From NCBI GenBank assembly GCA_965178125.1, contig OZ237737.1, forward strand, positions 930,001 through 994,000: 64,000 nt of DNA. The letters run 5' to 3'. This DNA comes from Bilabrum cf. latius. Taxonomy: Eukaryota. Positions 62,101-64,000 of the stretch are shown piece by piece; within the stretch, counting starts at the first letter, position 1, and every line of letters begins with the position of its first letter. A program made the position numbers and the translations under genes. The notes beneath the pieces were generated by a model, which was not told the origin of the DNA, searched no databases, and saw only the letters and a program-made list of their open reading frames with translations.

Positions 62101-62550
62101 GCACCCGCTCTAGCCGAACGCCTCACGGTAGACACATCGACCATCTCGTTCGAGACTGAAACGCTCACGGAGGCGGAGGTGGTCACGACGTACGTTGAGA
62201 CTGATAGTACCCCGGTAGTGGCTCCCTCACCCTCTTCGCAGCCAGCCCCTGCAGCATCGGCCAGCCCGTCGCCTGCCTCGGCTGGGGAACCGGTTGACCT
62301 GGACGAAGACAATGAGGACGAGGATGGTGAGGACGGGATCCCCATGGTTGCTATCATTGCAGCAGCCGTCGGAGTGGTTGTTCTCGTCGGCGTTTCAGTG
62401 ACGGCGTATTGCTGTTGCTGCGCGGCGAAGGCGGCCAACAAGACTGGGGTTCAACGGGGAGGGAAGGTTACCATCATCCACACCAATGGAAGCTTCAATG
62501 CAGCTAACCCTATGTCGAAGGCCGTCCAAGGCCGGCCTGTGCTCGCTTGA
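56134..62550 (+). CDS. Type I single-pass membrane protein (~2104 aa) with many EGF-like domains, two Cys-rich plus SEA-like modules and a Gly/Asp-rich repeat; 1 intron; 7 in-frame TAG
   Basis: Intron 56150..56251 (gtgagt..ttgcag) gives the signal peptide MKAICSYMLLATACLVMTPFAMA. One frame continues to TGA at 62548-62550 with TAGs at 58261, 58825, 58984, 61033, 61324, 61396 and 61687. EGF pattern CxxxPCxNGGTC...CxCxxGYTGxxC; TM segment IPMVAIIAAAVGVVVLVGVSVTAY followed by CCCC. Confidence 0.9.
56308..58162 (+). repeat. Coding tandem repeat with a 144-bp unit (one EGF domain plus Gly/Ser linker): 12 full copies and a 13th variant
   Basis: Unit starts at 56308, 56452 and so on to 58036 (12 x 144). 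Copies differ at only a few positions. The last copy has an internal 21-bp duplication (PDGDTGFS-PDGNTGF). Confidence 0.97.
59092..59946 (+). repeat. Coding minisatellite with a 45-bp unit (DSTDPADGPGD[N/D][K/T]GG), 19 copies
   Basis: The period of 45 bp runs from 59092 to 59946. Variation is limited to a few positions and there are no unique spacers. Confidence 0.97.
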
Positions 62551-62933
62551 AAGATATCGTTTGCGTGTCTGTGCGATGCACATGCTGGTGTTGGAGAGCT
62601 GGATCTGCCGGACGACGGCGGTCATGATAGCATTAACCAGCACCATGTGTCTGAGCGGATTTGATCCGTGCAAGTTTAGATCCGGGTCAGTCTAATAGTA
62701 GCCTGTGGCGGGCTCTTGCCGCGCCCTTGGCGGCTGCTTGAGCGCACTTTGTGCTCCGATATGTTGAATTGACGCAAATACTGGATCGGATACTGCCACA
62801 TATAAAAACTTCTGTTACGAGCAAAGCTACAGAATTGGTTCCACAAAGGCCTGCACTGGGATGAGATCTGACTTAGATGGAACCAACCAAAGGTTCGTGT
62901 TCTGGAAGAGGGTCTGCTCAGAGACATGGTCGT

Positions 62934-64000
62934 TCAGCGCACCAGTGCGCAGTCATTGCCTGGCTTTCCATTCGTACACTTCTCTTTGAATGCATTGACC
63001 CAGTCCACCTGGTTCGTGCCAGCAGCCTGGAACGCAACGCCCATTGCTGTCACTGCGGCCTGCGGCTCGACGCGGTGGTGCGGTGAGTTCAGGAGACCCC
63101 CGACGCACACCCTCTCGAACTTGATCTTCTTCTGCATGTCGAAGCCGCCACCTCCGCCCCCCATCTCAGTCACGGCAGATTCGGCACACTCCTGCACTGC
63201 ACCCAGAGCATTGCCCGCCTCTTCGTCGGTGAGACCTGCAAGCACCAGGTCGGCTCTGTCCTCCTTTCGCAGCAGCGAAATGTGAGGACTTCTCTCCAGG
63301 AGCGGGCCGAGGTCGGAGTTGCCGCGCAGGAGCATGGCGATCCATGAGCCGTACCCTCCCCCTTCGGTGATGCTCTCCAGGTCCCTGCGGAAGCCGAAGT
63401 TGTACTGCGCCAGTTCGTTTTGGACCCTGCACATGTCGGCCTCGAGGACGTTAAAGAACTCGAGGTTGTTGGCCCAGTCGGCGATGGCCTCGTAATCTGC
63501 GCCGCTCACGTCTATTGGTGCGAGGGTCATGTGTGCGCGTGCTGAGGGCTGCAAGTAGGCCACTACAGTGTTCTTGCCCTTCACTTGGACGGGAAGGAAG
63601 CCGTCTTGGTTAGCCGGCAGGACTTTGAGGTTCTTCTTGGCGCAGGTCTTGAAGAAGCTTCCGAAGATGTCGGTGATTTTCGATTGGTCATCGGACGAAG
63701 GCTGGCCTTGGCCATAGACCGGGACCCTGCCAGGGTGGGACCTCCGAAAGTCTTCCAGAATCTTGGCGATCTCAACCGGGGTCTTATCAGCAAATAGGGC
63801 CAGGAGGTTGGTCAGCCGAGCGTTCTGATCACGGATCCGATCCGCAAACGTCTGCTGGGCGTATTTGATGTTATCGCTCCCATCCGAGAAACCTGAGGAG
63901 AAATCTTCACGCTGTTGTTGCATGTTATCGGCTGGAAACAGTTGCTGTGCAAGACGCTGCACTGCTGTGGTGCGATCGCCGACGTTGATCTTGCCGCGGG
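62934..64000 (-). CDS. Hypothetical protein, 3' part only (open to the right edge)
   Basis: Open frame of more than 340 codons with gene-like GC3-rich codon use, ending in TGA at 62934. I recognise no domain. The exact 3' end is uncertain if an intron is present. Confidence 0.6.
   Translation of the reverse strand, partial: RGKINVGDRTTAVQRLAQQLFPADNMQQQREDFSSGFSDGSDNIKYAQQTFADRIRDQNARLTNLLALFADKTPVEIAKILEDFRRSHPGRVPVYGQGQPSSDDQSKITDIFGSFFKTCAKKNLKVLPANQDGFLPVQVKGKNTVVAYLQPSARAHMTLAPIDVSGADYEAIADWANNLEFFNVLEADMCRVQNELAQYNFGFRRDLESITEGGGYGSWIAMLLRGNSDLGPLLERSPHISLLRKEDRADLVLAGLTDEEAGNALGAVQECAESAVTEMGGGGGGFDMQKKIKFERVCVGGLLNSPHHRVEPQAAVTAMGVAFQAAGTNQVDWVNAFKEKCTNGKPGNDCALVR

Noticed and set aside
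3178-62550. Reading the interrupted genes as pseudogenes or sequencing errors
   Set aside because: All interruptions are the same codon (TAG) on both strands. There are no frameshifts or in-frame TAA/TGA, conserved motifs are intact, and conserved housekeeping genes (V-ATPase C, dynein) are affected alike.

Overview
Eukaryotic nuclear DNA from a GC-rich, flagellated protist (probably a stramenopile, by inference) that uses a non-standard genetic code. TAG is a sense codon, best read as Gln, while TAA and TGA remain stops (NCBI table 15 pattern). Once TAG is read through, the fragmented ORF track collapses into eight genes. Three are tandem minus-strand giant surface proteins: A (5' part only, 1..1460, paralog of B), B (3178..15995, ~4090 aa) and C (16603..34505, ~5560 aa); B and C carry cadherin and IPT/TIG repeats plus nine TM segments. 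The others are V-ATPase subunit C, an inward-rectifier K+ channel with a ~430-aa insertion, an intronless ~5030-aa axonemal dynein heavy chain, a ~2100-aa EGF-repeat single-pass membrane protein with two coding tandem-repeat arrays, and a partial hypothetical gene at the right edge. I counted about 69 in-frame TAG codons by hand across seven genes. Short GT..AG introns are confined to the 5' parts of genes. All calls come from reading the sequence; no database searches were run.
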